Positions 1-16,990 of a DNA stretch of 64,000 nucleotides are shown here, piece by piece. Positions within the stretch are counted from its first letter, which is position 1. Each line of letters starts with the position of its first letter. Location of the stretch: the NCBI RefSeq assembly GCF_009914755.1, contig NC_060927.1; one strand, 5' to 3'. The translations under genes were made by a program, and so were the position numbers. Source of the stretch: the human T2T-CHM13v2.0 reference genome, Homo sapiens. The notes under the pieces were generated by a model that was not told the DNA's origin, did no database searches, and worked only from the letters and a program-made list of their open reading frames with translations.

Positions 1-1524
1 GCAAATAATCATGACTGCAATAATCACGGTTAGTTCCAAGAAAAGTAATTGGAGCAGAGGCTTTTGGTTTATAAATTTCTGAATCCTCAGATTTTTTTTA
101 AAAAACGTACTTCTTTTGTTAATTTAAAAAATAAATCTGGAGAATAAGGAAGAAAAACACTCCAATTAAAAATGCAGAATTGGACCAGGCCAGAAAGGTC
201 ATCTAGGAAAAGCTGTGTCCAGCATCTCCATCAAAGGAGAAACTACTCCTTTTTATTCATACTCAGGAAGGAGGTGGCAGAGTTCCTGGCTAATCCGGTC
301 AATTGTTACACAAGCTAAGCAGTGCAAAAAATTCTACATTTTATCTACCCCCTTCTTCTCATTCTCAACTCCAAGCCCAATCCTTTTGTTCTTTTCTCAG
401 GAGCTTTAGAAAACAGATGGTTACACCATCCTTTGAATCTGTCAATGAATCACACAAAATCAACAGTGTTTTTCTGGAGGGACACTATCGTGTTCAACAA
501 TACAGAACGACATATCCCAGTTTGCTCCCCACATACAAACATACCAGATTCCATTACCAATGAGCTATTCAAAGGGATTTTACCAGATGTACTTAATTTA
601 ATTCAACAATTATTAATTCAATGACTCCCGTGCTCTTGGTATTTTATTATGAGCTGTGCAGGACCCTTCGGAAATTTAAAATTTTATGGTGGAGAGGGAC
701 ATACACGATGAGAAAGAGATAAACAATTCAGGGTAGTTTAAGATTAGGAGAACGTGCAGACATTATAGTTTTTGAAGCACTAGGAAAATCTTTAGAGTTC
801 AGACTAGGCTAAATAAGGTGAGGAGATAAACATTTAGGATTTTTTTTAACTTTTCATTTTCTATTTTTAAACGTTATTTTGTATTGTTTGTTTGTTTACT
901 TAAAAATATTTTGGGAGGGGATTTTTACTATTGGCCAGCTAGGGTCAAGGCAGGGGTATAGAGCAAGGTGGAGATGGGAAGACTAAGAGGCTTCTGCAGT
1001 CACTAAGGCACAAACGCCAAAGGCTGGGTTGAGGGTAGGAGCACAGTCATATCGAAGACTTGACCTGGCTCAATGACACACCGGCAAGGTTTGGATCTCA
1101 GTGACCAAAGGGGATTTTCATGTAACTGACAGATGCAATGAAGAAAAACACTGAGCAGAGTGCTTAAGGTATCAGAGAAGAATCTCAGCATGTGGAAACA
1201 GGAAGGTAGTTAAAAGTCAACACTGGACCCAGACTTATGATTTAAGAGAGAGAATCATCACTTTGTGTTCCTTCACTCTCCACACCTCACAGCTTTCTGC
1301 AGTTAGTATGGGAGTTTGGTGGGAACCTCTGCACTTTCTCCCACTCTTTCGTATCCACGTCAAAGGTCAAACTCTTCATATGCCAAAAGAGGCACCTTGG
1401 CCGAACCCCAATCCACAAAGGAATGCACTAAATCACTGGAAGTGCTGCACATGAAGACAAAAATCCAACACCATATTAATCATTGGCAGGTTGTATTTCC
1501 TGTCCCTTGAAAAGTTAGCCACTT

Positions 1525-2003
1525 CACTGTTCACAAAAGCAAAGACTTGGAACCAACCCAAATGCCCATCAGTGATAGACTGGATAAAGACAATGTGGCA
1601 CATATACACCATGGAATGCTATGCAGCCATACAAAAGGATGAGTTCATGTCCTTTGCAGGGACATGGATGAAGCTGGAAGCCATCATTTTCAGCTAATTA
1701 ACACAGGAACAGAAAACCAAACACCGCATGTTCTCGCTCATAAGTGGGAGTTGAACAATGAGAACACATGGATACAGGTGGGGAATATCACACACCAGGG
1801 ACCGTCAGAGGATGGGGAGCTAGGGGAGGGATAGCATTAGGAGAAATACCTAATGTAGATGACGGGTTGATGGGTACAGCAAACCACCATGGCATATGTA
1901 TACCTATGTAACAAACCTGTATGTTCTGCACATGGATCCCATAACTTAAAGTATAATGATAAAAAAAGAAAACCTTTAAAAAATAAAATAAAAAGGTAAA
2001 AAA
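1525..2003 (+). mobile_element. 5'-truncated L1 3' end (L1PA7/L1PA8-like)
   Basis: ORF2 C-terminus ([17 protein letters not shown]...), L1 3'UTR, A-rich tail, degenerate 15-bp TSD at 1510-1524 and 2004-2018. Confidence 0.93.
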
Positions 2004-3041
2004 AAAAATTAGCTGCTTATACAGCAAAGTGAGAGTAGTTTTGCATTTTTCTTAAGTATCTACTCTGCAAACCAAGAAATTAAATCAAGCTTTGTTGCTA
2101 ACAAAACAAAAGAGCTACTTGGTATCAAGTAAAAACATAATGGGATTAAGGGAAACGTACATACAGATGTCCACTGGCCCTGAGTGGAGGGAACAGATCA
2201 TGTCAGGGAATAGGTAACTGGCACTTCCTCAAGTCCATGCCACACTCCTGGAAGCATACTCATATCTGGTTAACTGACACTAACCCACAGCTTGCCTCAC
2301 TGAGAGCAGGAAGCCCAGAGCCGTCCTTTCTTCTCTTTCCTTTTGCTCATCAGCACTGCTCTTTTCAAATTTTGTCAGCCTGTTGTGTTCACGCTCCTTG
2401 AACAAGAAAACTGTCATTTGGCGTGACATCTCTCTCCTACCCTGGAACTCAACAGGCTCCTGAAAACCTGCAAAATTCCAGACATACTTATTCTGTGAAT
2501 TTTGAAAATCTCTTACTCATTTTAATGTATCCTTCTATGATGGTGATTTTCTATCCGCATTGACACCCAAATAAATAATTAAGAATCATCCCATCTTCCA
2601 ACTTGAATAATGGGCGTAAATAGTGACAGAATCCTTTTTTACTTCCGTGTTCCACTTATTCAGGTTTTCCTCCTCAATCATGTTGTTTAATTTCTCGTCA
2701 GCTAAGCATATCTTTGGACAGACAAAGCAATTTTCCCCTACAGTGTGTCAATTCTGCAGTGAAGGTTTTCTGTTTACCTGCCTACTTCCTTAGCTCAAAA
2801 AAAAACAAAATAAAATAAAAGTCTCATACTCAACTGTCACACATACGCTTCATTTTCATTGTGTTTGATATATGAATTCCATACAGTGAGACAGGTCTTA
2901 AAATCCAGCACTCAGCGACTACTTCATCTCAGGACCACCCTTTTACAGACAGCCATGGTGATAAGAGCTATAGCTGACATTTCCTAAGGATTCTTTGATA
3001 AATTTCATCACTTCCTTAACTGCATTCCTATTGCTTAATCA

Positions 3042-3215
<174 letters not shown>

Positions 3216-4039
3216 AAAAAGCCCATGGAAAGAAAGGCTATCAAGAAGAAAGGAGAACGGCAGTCCAGGGCACAGAAACACAGAACCAGATACAGGGAGC
3301 ATCCTCAGGAGGTTCTGCACGCTGCCTGTGACTCAAGGCCCACGACTCTTGGTCGGCGGTTTTCAAACCCACTGTTTTCCAACAGGGGTGGGGGGAAATG
3401 TCACCAAAAATTGTGTTAATAATTGTTGCTGGTTTGCAAATTATTTTTATTTTTCCTATAAACTAGAATAAATCCAGGGCATGTTTATTTAAAACAGTAC
3501 TCTCGGTCTTGCATGCCAATATGGCCTAGTTTCCATGAAGCTGGCTTGGGTGGTAGCAAAGACTAGGACTACTGTAGGACCAGGATATGGCCAAATAACT
3601 CGTATTTCAGGCTTACTTCTTAAGTGGGATGAAGGCATACAGGGTCCTTGCTTAGAGGGTAGAAAGATTAGTTCTCTCTCTCTTTGATCCCAAAGCTTTT
3701 TCCCTTCTAAGTATGGGGACAAGAAAGCTCAGACAGCATCCTATAGACAAAGGCCTTACCGCTCTCACTTTTTCCTTTGTACATTTTCTATTCTTCCATG
3801 ACATTAGGTAGTATGGGTCTAGCATCTCCCTTGGATTCCAGTGCCCTACCCATCCTCACCTCAGCCTAGACCCATCAAGGGACAGCAGCCCTCAGCAGGT
3901 CTTCGACAAGCTATACGGCACCATCTCTGGCAGGTCATTCATTTCTTCCTTTTGATCTGTCTCTGATTTGAATATGATAAGACTATGGTGACCATACCAT
4001 TTATCATTCAAACAGGAGAGCTCTTGTGAAGGAGAGCTT

Positions 4040-4377
4040 ATTGACTGATCAATTGATTGATGTATTAATTTAAAGACAGTCTCTTGCTCTGTTGCCCAGG
4101 CTGGGGAGCAGTGGTGCATCACAGCTCACAGAATCTCAACCTCCTGGGCTCAAGTGATCCTCCTGCCTCAGTCTCCTGAGGAGCTGGGACTACAAGCACA
4201 CACCACCGCACCTGGTTAATTTTTCTTTTCTAATTTTTAGTAGAGACAAGGTCTTGCTATGTTGTCCAGGCTGGTCTTGAACTCCTGAACTCAAGTGATC
4301 TTCCGGCCTCAGACTTCCAAAGTGCTAGGATTGCAGGAGTGAGCCTCAACACCCGGCCTGAGCCACCACACCCAGCC
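4040..4377 (-). mobile_element. AluJ-like
   Basis: Reverse-complement Alu dimer with decayed tail and a doubled 5' 19-mer. Confidence 0.92.
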
Positions 4378-4400
4378 AGCACTTCAAATAATATAATAAT

Positions 4401-4445
4401 GATATGATATGATATGATATGATATGATATGATATGATATGATAT
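4401..4445. repeat. (GATAT)9 pentanucleotide microsatellite
   Basis: Nine perfect units read directly. Confidence 0.97.
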
Positions 4446-5496
4446 ACTTTAATAATTATTAAAATCATAATAATGATAGCAATTATGGGACAACCAGGCA
4501 CACATACTAGAATTATCCTCCCAGGCAAGTCGAGAAAATATAGTGTGAGTTTTTCTTGTAATGGGACGGAAAGATTCAGTATTTTAGTTTCGGAGTTGGG
4601 AAGATGAAGAATTGATTTTGGCCTACTTTAGATTTTAAGCCATTCTGGCAAAGGAGTTCTCCATAGGTCCACAGATCCAGACCTATTTAATCAATATCTA
4701 TAGTGGGGCTTAGGGACAAAGCACCTACATTCTTGTATTTTGATTTATCATCTGTGCATTAGTGTCTCAGGGACTTTGAAAACAGGGCTTAGGTACTATT
4801 TTGTCTATTGGCTAAAATGCCATTATATTTACTTAAGCGCAACCACTTCATTATTTATAACACCAAGAATAATTCTAAATCCTTTCTCCCTGAATTTATT
4901 CCCTCTCTCTTCCAAAGACCTGGGTCTCATTTATAGACCACAATCTACAAACATCTGCCCCAAATAAGCTACGCCCATAATTCCATTTCTCACGAGAGTC
5001 CCTGGAAAGTAACAAAGCACCTAAATGACACTGAAAGATAAAATCCTTATTTTATCCTATCATTATTTTAGAACGTGAGTTATATCATTTTTTTACTCTA
5101 AATGAACCACCCAAACATTTTTAAGAAAAAAGCACTTCATATGTTTATATATCCAACCGGGACAGACATTACAATTTACACTATCATTTTGCTGTCACAC
5201 TGTTTAGAAACATTTTCCATAGAAGATAACCCCTGAAAACTTTCTGTATAAATAAATACTAGCAGACCCTCTGCACTTCTATTTATGTTCAAGTTTACTG
5301 AGACTCAGTGCAAAGCTATCTTGCTTTTAAACAAAGCACTCATAGATAACAAGTACTTTCCATATCTTCATCCCCATTCTCAATCATACAGCTAAATTTG
5401 AACAAAATGAAAAGAACTTAAGAATTAGATGCCCAAGTGAGTAGATGATACCAAAGCAGAACAAGTTCACAGCAAGATGTTTAATAAGAGTTTTGG

Positions 5497-5648
5497 CTTT
5501 TTTTGTTTTTTTGTTGTTTTTTTATTAATTAAAAGATGAGGTCTCGATAGGTTGCCCAGGCTGGTCTTGAACTTGTGACTTCAAGCTATCCTCCCACCTC
5601 AGCCTCCTGCATAGCTAGGATTACACACACATGCTACTTTGTCCAGCT
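5497..5648 (-). mobile_element. FLAM (Alu monomer)
   Basis: T-rich tail followed by ~120 bp of reverse Alu left-monomer sequence. Confidence 0.85.
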
Positions 5649-6444
5649 GAGTTTGGCAGGTTTAAGGGGGCAAAAATAACATCATTCACATCCACAATTT
5701 TAACTTCTAGGGTTAGCTTTTAGCGTACTCAGAGGAAAAAAGAAAAAATTCCCTGGAAAAGGGGAATTTATTTCCTTTAGTAAAACAAAAACCCCTCTGG
5801 AGAGAAACCTAGAAAATGAATCCAAGATTCAAAAGTAGCATCAAGGGTGGGCATGCAAAGCCAGAAAAGGAGACCCAGTGACAACAAGCAGCCCAGCCCT
5901 TGACTAGCAAAAATACTCCCTACAAAGAAGGAAGTGGGAGGAATCACTCTGCCCAATTTTAAGGCTCATCATTTAACCATAGTAATCAAGACTGTGGTAC
6001 TGGCAAAGGGAAAGAGACCTAGATCAAGGGAAGAAGAATGTAGAACCCAGAAATGTAGACCTAAAGTATGCCTGATTCTTGATAAAAGTTCAAAAAGCAT
6101 TCAGCAAAGTAAGGATATAATCTTTAAACAAATGGAGCTACAGCAAGTGGCCATTCACAGGCCAAGAAAGGAGCATTGACCTGCCTCTCACACTTTACAC
6201 TAAGTCAGTTGTGACCTTTATCTCTTACACCAAATTTACTTGGCATGGCTCATGCACCTAAATGTAAAATGTAAAACTATACAACTTTTAAGAAGAAACT
6301 TAAGAAAAAAATCTTTAGGATATAGGGCCAGAGAAAAAGTTACTAGGCATGACACCAAAAGCTTGATCCACTCAAGGAAAATTGAATCTAATCAAAATTT
6401 AAAACTTTCACTCTGTGAAAGCCCATGTGAAGAGAATGAAAAAG

Positions 6445-7140
6445 AACAGTAACAGGCAGAACACAGAGGATTTTCAGGGCAGTGAAAATACTGTGTATGA
6501 CAGCGGTCCCCAAACTTTTTGGCACCAGGGACCGGTTTCATGGAAGATAATTTTTCCAACGGATGGGGACGGGGAAGGGGATGGTTTCGGGATGAAACTG
6601 TTCCACCTCAGATCATTAGGCATTAGATTCTCATAAAGAGTGCACATCCTAGATCCCCCACATGCACAGTTCACAATAAGGTTCACACTTTTATGAGAAT
6701 CTAATGCCAATGCTGATCTGACAGAAGGCAGAGCTCAGGGAGTAATGCTTGCTTGCTGCTGCTCACCTCCAGCTGTGCAGCCCAGTTCCTAACAGGCCAC
6801 AGACCAGTACCACTGTGTGGCCTGGGGGATGGGGACCCCTGGTATACAATGGTGGATACATGTCATTATAAATTTATCTAAACCCATAGAGCTATGTCGT
6901 TTATGTCATCAAGAGGTAACCCTAATGTACCCAATGGATTTTGGGTGATAATGATGTGTCAGTGTATGTTCTCCAACTGTAATGAAAGCATCACCCTCAT
7001 GGGGGATGTTGATAATGTGGGAGGCTGTGCACGTACAGGGGTAGGGAGTATATGGGATACCTCCAGACATGTCTCTGAATTTTGCTGTGAACTTAAAACT
7101 GCTCTAAAAAAATAAAGCCTTATTAAAAAAAAGAAAAGAA
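6445..7140 (+). mobile_element. L1MC1/L1MC2-like 3' end nested in the older L1
   Basis: cacagaggattttcagggcagtgaaa...tgctgtgaacttaaaactgctctaaaaaaataaag followed by an A tail; split by MER1B. Confidence 0.75.
6501..6841 (+). mobile_element. MER1B (hAT-Charlie non-autonomous DNA transposon)
   Basis: TIRs cagcggtcccc...ggggacccctg, ~340 bp, characteristic internal sequence. Confidence 0.9.
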
Positions 7141-7547
7141 AAAAAAGACAAGCTATAGGCTGAGAGAAAATACATGCAAATCACACAGGTGACAAAGAAC
7201 AAGTATCTAGAACATATAAAGAATTCTCCAAAGTCAATATTGAAAACACAGATAATCCAATTAGAAAATGGGCAAAAGACCTGAAAAGACATCTGACTGA
7301 ATAGGATATATATATATATATATATATGGCAAGCACATGAAAAGATGCTCAACATCATTCGGCATTAGGAAAGTGCAAATTTAAACCACAATGAGAGCAC
7401 TTCACACCTATCAGAATGGATGAAATGAAAATATTGACGCCACCAAATGCTGGCAAGGATGTGAAAAATCTGGATTACACTCATACTGCTGGTGAGATGT
7501 AAAATAGTATAGCCACTCTGGCAAGTACTTTTATAAGAAAACTCACA

Positions 7548-7814
7548 CTCATGTAACTGCAGCACTTTGGGAGGCCAAGAAAGGTGGATCACTTGAGCCC
7601 AGGAGTTTGATACCAGCCTGGGCAACCTAGAGAGAGCCCATGTCTACAAAAAAAAAAAAAAAAAATTTAATTATCCAGGATGGATGGCATACAGCTATAG
7701 TCCCAGCTACCTGGGAGGCTGGGGCAGGAGGATTGCTTGAGCCCAGAAATCTGAGGCTACAGTGAGCTATGATCATGCCGCTGGATTCCAGCCTGAGCAA
7801 CAGAGACTGTCTCA

Positions 7815-7841
<27 letters not shown>
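7548..7841 (+). mobile_element. AluJ-like, 5' end eroded
   Basis: Alu dimer with A-rich linker and tail inside the L1. Confidence 0.92.
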
Positions 7842-7846
<5 letters not shown>

Positions 7847-8345
7847 ACTAAATATTCAACCTGCAACTGTACTCTTGGACATTTATCCCAGAAAAAGGAA
7901 AATTTAAATTAAAAAAAACAACTGCAACAACCACCAGTATGCCAGCATTCATAACAGCTTTATGTGTAATAGCTAAAAACTAGAATCAGCCAAGATGCCA
8001 AGATGTCCTTCAACAGGTAAGTGGTTAAACTGTGGTATACACATATCATGAAATACTACTCAGCAATAAAAATTATATATTCCATTAATATAAAATTTCT
8101 GATATGACCAACTTTCAGAAATTGAAGACGGATTAGTGGTTGTCAGGAATTTGAAGGGAGCCAGGGGAGAGATGGGTGTGGCTATAGAAGGGATTTTGGT
8201 GGTATTAGCACTGTTCAATATCTTGACTGTGGTTGTAGATACATGAACCTACATGGGTGAAAAAATTGTGTATAAATCTAAATACACACATACGCACAAA
8301 AAAGTATAAGTAAAACTGGGGAAATCTGACTACACTTGGTAGGAT

Positions 8346-8675
<330 letters not shown>

Positions 8676-9811
8676 TAATGTCAATATCCTGATTGCAATA
8701 TTATACTATAGTTTTCGGAAATTATACCACTGGAGGAAACCAAACTAAGTGTAGAAGGGCTCTCACTGTATTATTTTGTAAAACTGCCTATGAATCCACA
8801 ATTATCTCAAAATTTTCCATTAATAAAAAAGTGCTGAAAATTAGTATCATTAAGATGCATACTGCATAACAGAAGTGAAAATACCAGCATACAAAAGTAG
8901 TGAAACTATTCTAATTTTGTTAAAATGTAAGCACATGCTTGTATATTTCTTCATTTAAAAAAAAAAAAAAGATTAGGAGAAAATTCCAGTTAATACTTGT
9001 CATTTCTGGGTGGTAGAATTACACATACCTTTATTTGCATTTTAACTTTTTCCTCAAATTTTAAACTTAGTTTTCAAACAGTCTCTAATGAATATATCGT
9101 TTTCATATTCCAGTGTTATAAAAACTGCTTGATATCAAAAGCAGAAAAATCCATCTCATATATATTTTGTATTACACACAATGTCAAAGAACGTAGCTTG
9201 TCTGGGGACTAAAATATTTTCAGTTAAGAAACTATCTGAGGTGGTCATGTTAATTTAGAAGTAGCAAATAAATACATCTTTTGATTCAATCAATAAAACT
9301 CACCCTACATATTGCTATTTTCATTTGATCATTTCCATCAGTTTCTATTTTAGTAAAAATAAGGCTTTCAGGAAAACTGAACTTCAGAGGAGTATGTTGC
9401 TCTGAATAACTGCTCTCTTGCCTTTCCAGTCCTGGAAGAATGCCAGTGGTCTCTGACACTCAAGGACTACTGAGAGAGACAGAAATTAAGCTGGAAAAAC
9501 ACAATTCAGTCTGTGGTTACTAGGAAGTTAGACACGTTTTCTTCCCCTGAAAATTATCTCCATTTGCTTCAGATTCTTCACAGGCCTCCACTTAACACCC
9601 TCTCGCAGCACGGTGCAAAACAAATCTGTCAGCTGCAAATATGGCCATAGAAACTTTTTCCCCAATTGCTAGGGAAACAAAGTGAACAGCAGAGAAAACA
9701 CCTCCGGCAAGACTGTACGGCTCTGCTGTCATGTTCTGTGCAATAACTGTGACTCTCTACTTGATTTTCTTTGGCCCCTGGCTCTGGGGACAATTTGCTT
9801 CAACAAACTAG

Positions 9812-10678
<867 letters not shown>

Positions 10679-10684
10679 AAAAAG

Positions 10685-10885
10685 TCTTGCTACTCAAAAC
10701 GTGGTCACGGAAGAGCAGTACTGACATCACTTGGGAGTTAATTAGAAATGAAGAATCTCCAGGCCTGGTGGCATGCACCTGAAATCCAAGCTATCTTGAG
10801 AGGCTGAGGCAGGAGGATCGCATGAGCCCAGGAGTTTAAGACCAGCCTGAATAACACAGCAAGATCCTGTCTCAAGATTTTAAAA
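10685..10885 (+). mobile_element. MER5 half-element (~10685-10761) followed by FLAM (~10762-10885)
   Basis: tgctactcaaaacgtggtc...attagaaatgaagaatctc, then Alu monomer sequence. Confidence 0.72.
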
Positions 10886-10909
10886 GAGAGGGGGGCAGGG
10901 GAGGAAGGG

Positions 10910-12450
<1,541 letters not shown>

Positions 12451-13539
12451 GAATTATCTATTCATCTTATATTAGGATAATAAAGGGAACACATTGAAAA
12501 TATTTATTCCAAATCAGAGAGGCACTGACTTGAGAACTACTGAGTAAGAAACTATTGACGCTGGCAGCTCTGTTTGTACCTTTATTTTTCTACACTATCC
12601 CTACTCTGGAAAAACAGACTGCAAGAGAAGCAAATGTAAATTTTCCTCGACTATGATTTTTGTGCCCCAAATTGTCCTCACTGAGGCAATGAGATGTTAA
12701 GTCACTAAAATGTGGCATCTAATGCAACTTGACACTCACAAATGGAAACATCTGGAAACACATAGTCCCTCTGAAACCCAGACATCAGTCTCTTCAAGGG
12801 AAAACAAAAGCTCTAGGAGCACTTCCCTTGAACAATCTTTTTACTTGATAAAGCATTCCACCTTACTGCTTCTCACAAGGAAATATGCCTTAGCTTTTAT
12901 CAAAGTAAGTTCTGTTTTGAACCAAAATAAAGACAAGATTGGATTTTCCCAGGATACAATAAAACAGACCTGAGTTCCATGTTCCTAACTGCTCAATTCT
13001 ACCAAAGTGTCCCACCAGCAGCTCAAATACACTTCACCTTCAAATGTGCACTCAGTATCTTCTTTCCTAAACCTACATTTTGTCCTTTGCTCCCTATTTC
13101 AGTTAATGACCCAAAGTAAATAAAAATAAAAAACCACTCCAATCTCCTAGTTCTACAATAATAAAATATCCTTCGGAATTAACTACGTGCCAGGTCACAG
13201 TGACACCAAGGCAAAAGACACATCATCCCCCTAGTGGAGAAGCCCACAGACAAGGAAAACTCCTGGGCTGGTTACAGTTACATCGTCTGGAATATTCAAA
13301 GTCATCTTGGAATCCTCCCTCTCAACTGCTTCCCACAGTGAAATGTCAGGACCTGTTAACTTTATTTTTGTGCCAAGTGCTCATTGATTTACTCCATCAG
13401 CAACTAGTAATCTAACTAACCTAATTAGCTGCAACTTAACTAACTAGAAGGTCAATTAACTGAAATCTTTTTAATTCAATTCACAGGAAAAAAGGTTTTT
13501 CACAAGCCAGCAAGCTAAGGGCAAGTATACGGGATACCT

Positions 13540-14030
13540 GTCATTTTTACCCTCCAGGCATACGTGTCTGCTGCTTCTGGCCGCACCACCTCTATTTTCT
13601 TCTGGGGATCTGTATCCCGTGCCCCTTCCCCGGCTCAGCACATGTTGTTTCAATGAGGTTGACCCTACTCCTTGGCACAAGAGCTGCACACAATCCAGCT
13701 CTGCCTACCACAGCAATAGGAGTGGCTGCAAGGAAAGGACTCACTGGGCCCAAATCAGCCAATGAGATTTAAATCAGGGACTTTGTTGGAAGGATAGGAA
13801 ATAAAGGTTTAATTTCCACTGCAAATAGAGTAGACTACATGGAGTCTATTTGATTACACAGGCAAATATATTCCTTGAGAATCAAATGAATACAGAGGAA
13901 GAGAAAAACCAAGGGACAGAGAAGGGTTGAGTCCTGGTGACACACTCTTTTAGCTTAAAAACCCCACTCCTGATACACTGTCACACTGTTATTGCTGTAG
14001 ACAGTTGGAGTTGGCTTTCTGACACTTTTA
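13540..14030 (+). mobile_element. Old MaLR LTR (MLT1K/L-like)
   Basis: gccaatgagatttaaatcagggactttgttggaa, gagtcctggtgacac and gagttggctttctgacactt motifs. Confidence 0.55.
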
Positions 14031-14117
14031 AAGAAAGTCTTAGCAGAAATGTTTTAAAATGCTTTTTTAAAAACTGCTGAATTTTTTTAGTCAAAAACAG
14101 CACTAAATATACAACTC

Positions 14118-14438
14118 TTTTTTCTTTCTTTTTTTCTTTGAGACACAGTCTTGCTATGTCACTCAGGCTGGAGTGCAGTGTCACAATCTCGATTCACTAC
14201 AACCTCCACCTCCTGGGTTCAAGTGATTCTCGTACCTCAGCCTCTCAAATAGCTGCCACCATGCCCGGCTCATTTGTATTTTTAATTTTTTTTTTTTTTT
14301 TTTTAAGTAGAGACAGGGTTTCACCATGTTGCCCAGGCTGGTTATGAACTCCTGACCTCAAGTGATCCACCTCCCAATGTGCTGGGATTACAGCCTCCCA
14401 ATGTGCTGGGATTACAGGCATGAGCCACCACATCCAGC
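14118..14438 (-). mobile_element. Alu with an internal deletion and a 24-bp tandem duplication
   Basis: Reverse Alu dimer read directly. Confidence 0.92.
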
Positions 14439-14666
14439 CTAGATCTACATTTTAACCACTATTATAGTCTATGTTAAAAATTGGTATTTTGAATGATGCC
14501 TATGAAATACCATGATATAATACTATGATATTCTGAGCAAAAGAAATTCTGACCAATATGCCCCACTTACCAAACTAGCAAAATGTGCACCTAATTTTAG
14601 ACTGTCCAGAGTGACCATCCTGAGAGTATTTCTTAGGACACTGGTGCCTTAAGAAAAAAGGGGTTC

Positions 14667-15061
<395 letters not shown>

Positions 15062-16257
15062 TCAAAATGTATGAAATAGCAAAAACCACAATTACTTTTG
15101 CACCAACCTAAATACATTGACACATTATGGGCTCTGTAATATTCTACACTGAGAAATCTGTTTTCCTTCTTTGACCACATAACTTCCTTTTATAATTATT
15201 ATTTTTATTTATTTTTAGCAAGTGTAAACTTTTAGCAGAACATTATGTTCAGGAAAACACTGAACTCAAAGGCCCACCAGCTCCACCTTAAACAAATTCC
15301 TATTCTAGTCTACTGCTGTATTGAGAAAAATGAAAAAACCTTGCATTTCCAAATCTAACAGAATTTAAATCTCACTACCTCAGCGTGAATCAAAATAATA
15401 TAGTTCCAGAAGTTATACTGTCAGCATTATGGTACATTTATCAATTCTGTATTTGAGACTGCTGTGGTGTGTTTACATCTGAGCAAGAAGAAAAAGGCAT
15501 GGCTAACTGGACTGAAATCGTTCCAGGAAAATAAGTGCTTAAACCAGTTCCAACCTAATTAGCTTCTCACAAAACCTAAAATCCTGCTTGATGCAACCAA
15601 ATAGTCATTATTAAATCAAAATCCAAAGTGCTACATTTCAGAACAGAATAAAATTCAAGTTGTAGCTAATTACTCCAAAGTCAAAATTTAAATATTCTGT
15701 ATTTGTGATTGAATTACATGACTCTAACACTACTTGAGCTAAATCAAGTAGACAAGTATAGGTATATAAGACCTTTTTTTAAAAAAAAAATGTGATCTGG
15801 ACATTCCTAGATCAGATGTTCTAACTTAGCACAGTGAGACACAGAACTCAAGGAATAAGCATCATTGAGAACTCTCAATGTTAGAACATGCGATACAAAA
15901 TCCATGTTTTAAATGTTTCAATGGTCAACAAAGACAGATATCGTTTATTCATTGATTCATTCTTGCTTGTCAGCACACATGAATTCATTTAGCAGATATT
16001 TGCTGATGGCATACTCTGGGTTAAGAACTATACTAGGTGATGGGGACAGAGCCTCCCCTCATGTTATGGGTGGAACTGTGCCTCCCTGCCAACCAAACTC
16101 ATATGTTGAAGTCCTAGCCCTGAGTCCCTCACAAAAAGCCTACAGTGGCCTTGACTTACCCTACATAGACTTACACAATTCATATATCCCTGAGAGATAG
16201 CCACTGTCATCACCAACATCATCATCATCACCATCCCCATTTTGTAGATAAGGAGGC

Positions 16258-16990
16258 TGCTATGGTTTGAATGTATCCCAAAAATTCATGTACTGGAATC
16301 TTGTCCCACAGTGCAACTGTGTTGAAAGGTGGGACCTTTGGCAAGTGATTGGGTCATGAGGGCTCTGTCCTCATGAATGAATGAATGCATGGGTTATCGA
16401 GGGAGTGGGTGAGTTGTCATGAGACTGAGTCTGTTACAAAAACCAGTTTGGCTGTCTCTTGTGAGCCCCCTTGCCATGTTATGTCCCGAGCCACCTTGGG
16501 ACTGCAGACAGTCCTCACAAACAAGAAGGTATTCATCAAATGGGGTCCTAGACCTTGGCCTTCCCAACTTCCACAATTGTAAGAAATATTGCTTTTTTGA
16601 GACAGGGTCTCAACAGAGCAGACAGGGTCTTGCTCTGTTGCCCAGACTGGATTACAATGGCACAATCATGGCTCACTGCAGCCTTGACTTCCTGGGCTCA
16701 AGTGATCCTCCCACCTCAGCCACTTGAGTAGCTAGGACCTACCATAGGCATGAGATACTATGCCTGGCTATTTTTATTTTTTAAAAAAATTTTTATACAG
16801 ATGGGGTCTCCCTGTGTTGCCCAGGCTTGTCTGGAACTCCCATGTTCAACCAATCCTCCCGCCTCAGCCTCCCAAAGTGCTGGGATTATGGGTGTGAATC
16901 ACTGCGCCTGGCCACATAATAAATGTCTTTTCTTTATAAATTACCCAGTCTCAGGGATTCAGTTACAGCAACAGAAAACAGACTAAGACA
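16258..16990 (+). mobile_element. MST-family MaLR solo LTR, inserted in a MIR and interrupted by an Alu
   Basis: tgctatggtttgaatgt...gactaagaca termini; 5-bp TSD gaggc at 16253-16257 and 16991-16995. Confidence 0.9.
16594..16913 (-). mobile_element. AluJ-like inside the MST LTR
   Basis: Reverse Alu dimer. Confidence 0.92.

Noticed and set aside
322-624. 100-aa ORF containing a plus-strand acceptor (cttttctcag at ~400)
   Set aside because: No recognisable protein, no convincing paired donor, and opposite to the inferred host strand.
8005-8022. Plus-strand YAG|GTAAGT here and near 33893 and 49588 as recursive sites
   Set aside because: Pyrimidine tracts are short or absent, and this one is inside an L1; the count is near chance expectation.
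13400-13462. Cluster of ACTAAC/TAAC motifs (QKI or branch-point-like)
   Set aside because: On the plus strand, opposite to the inferred transcript, and explicable as degenerate short-repeat slippage.
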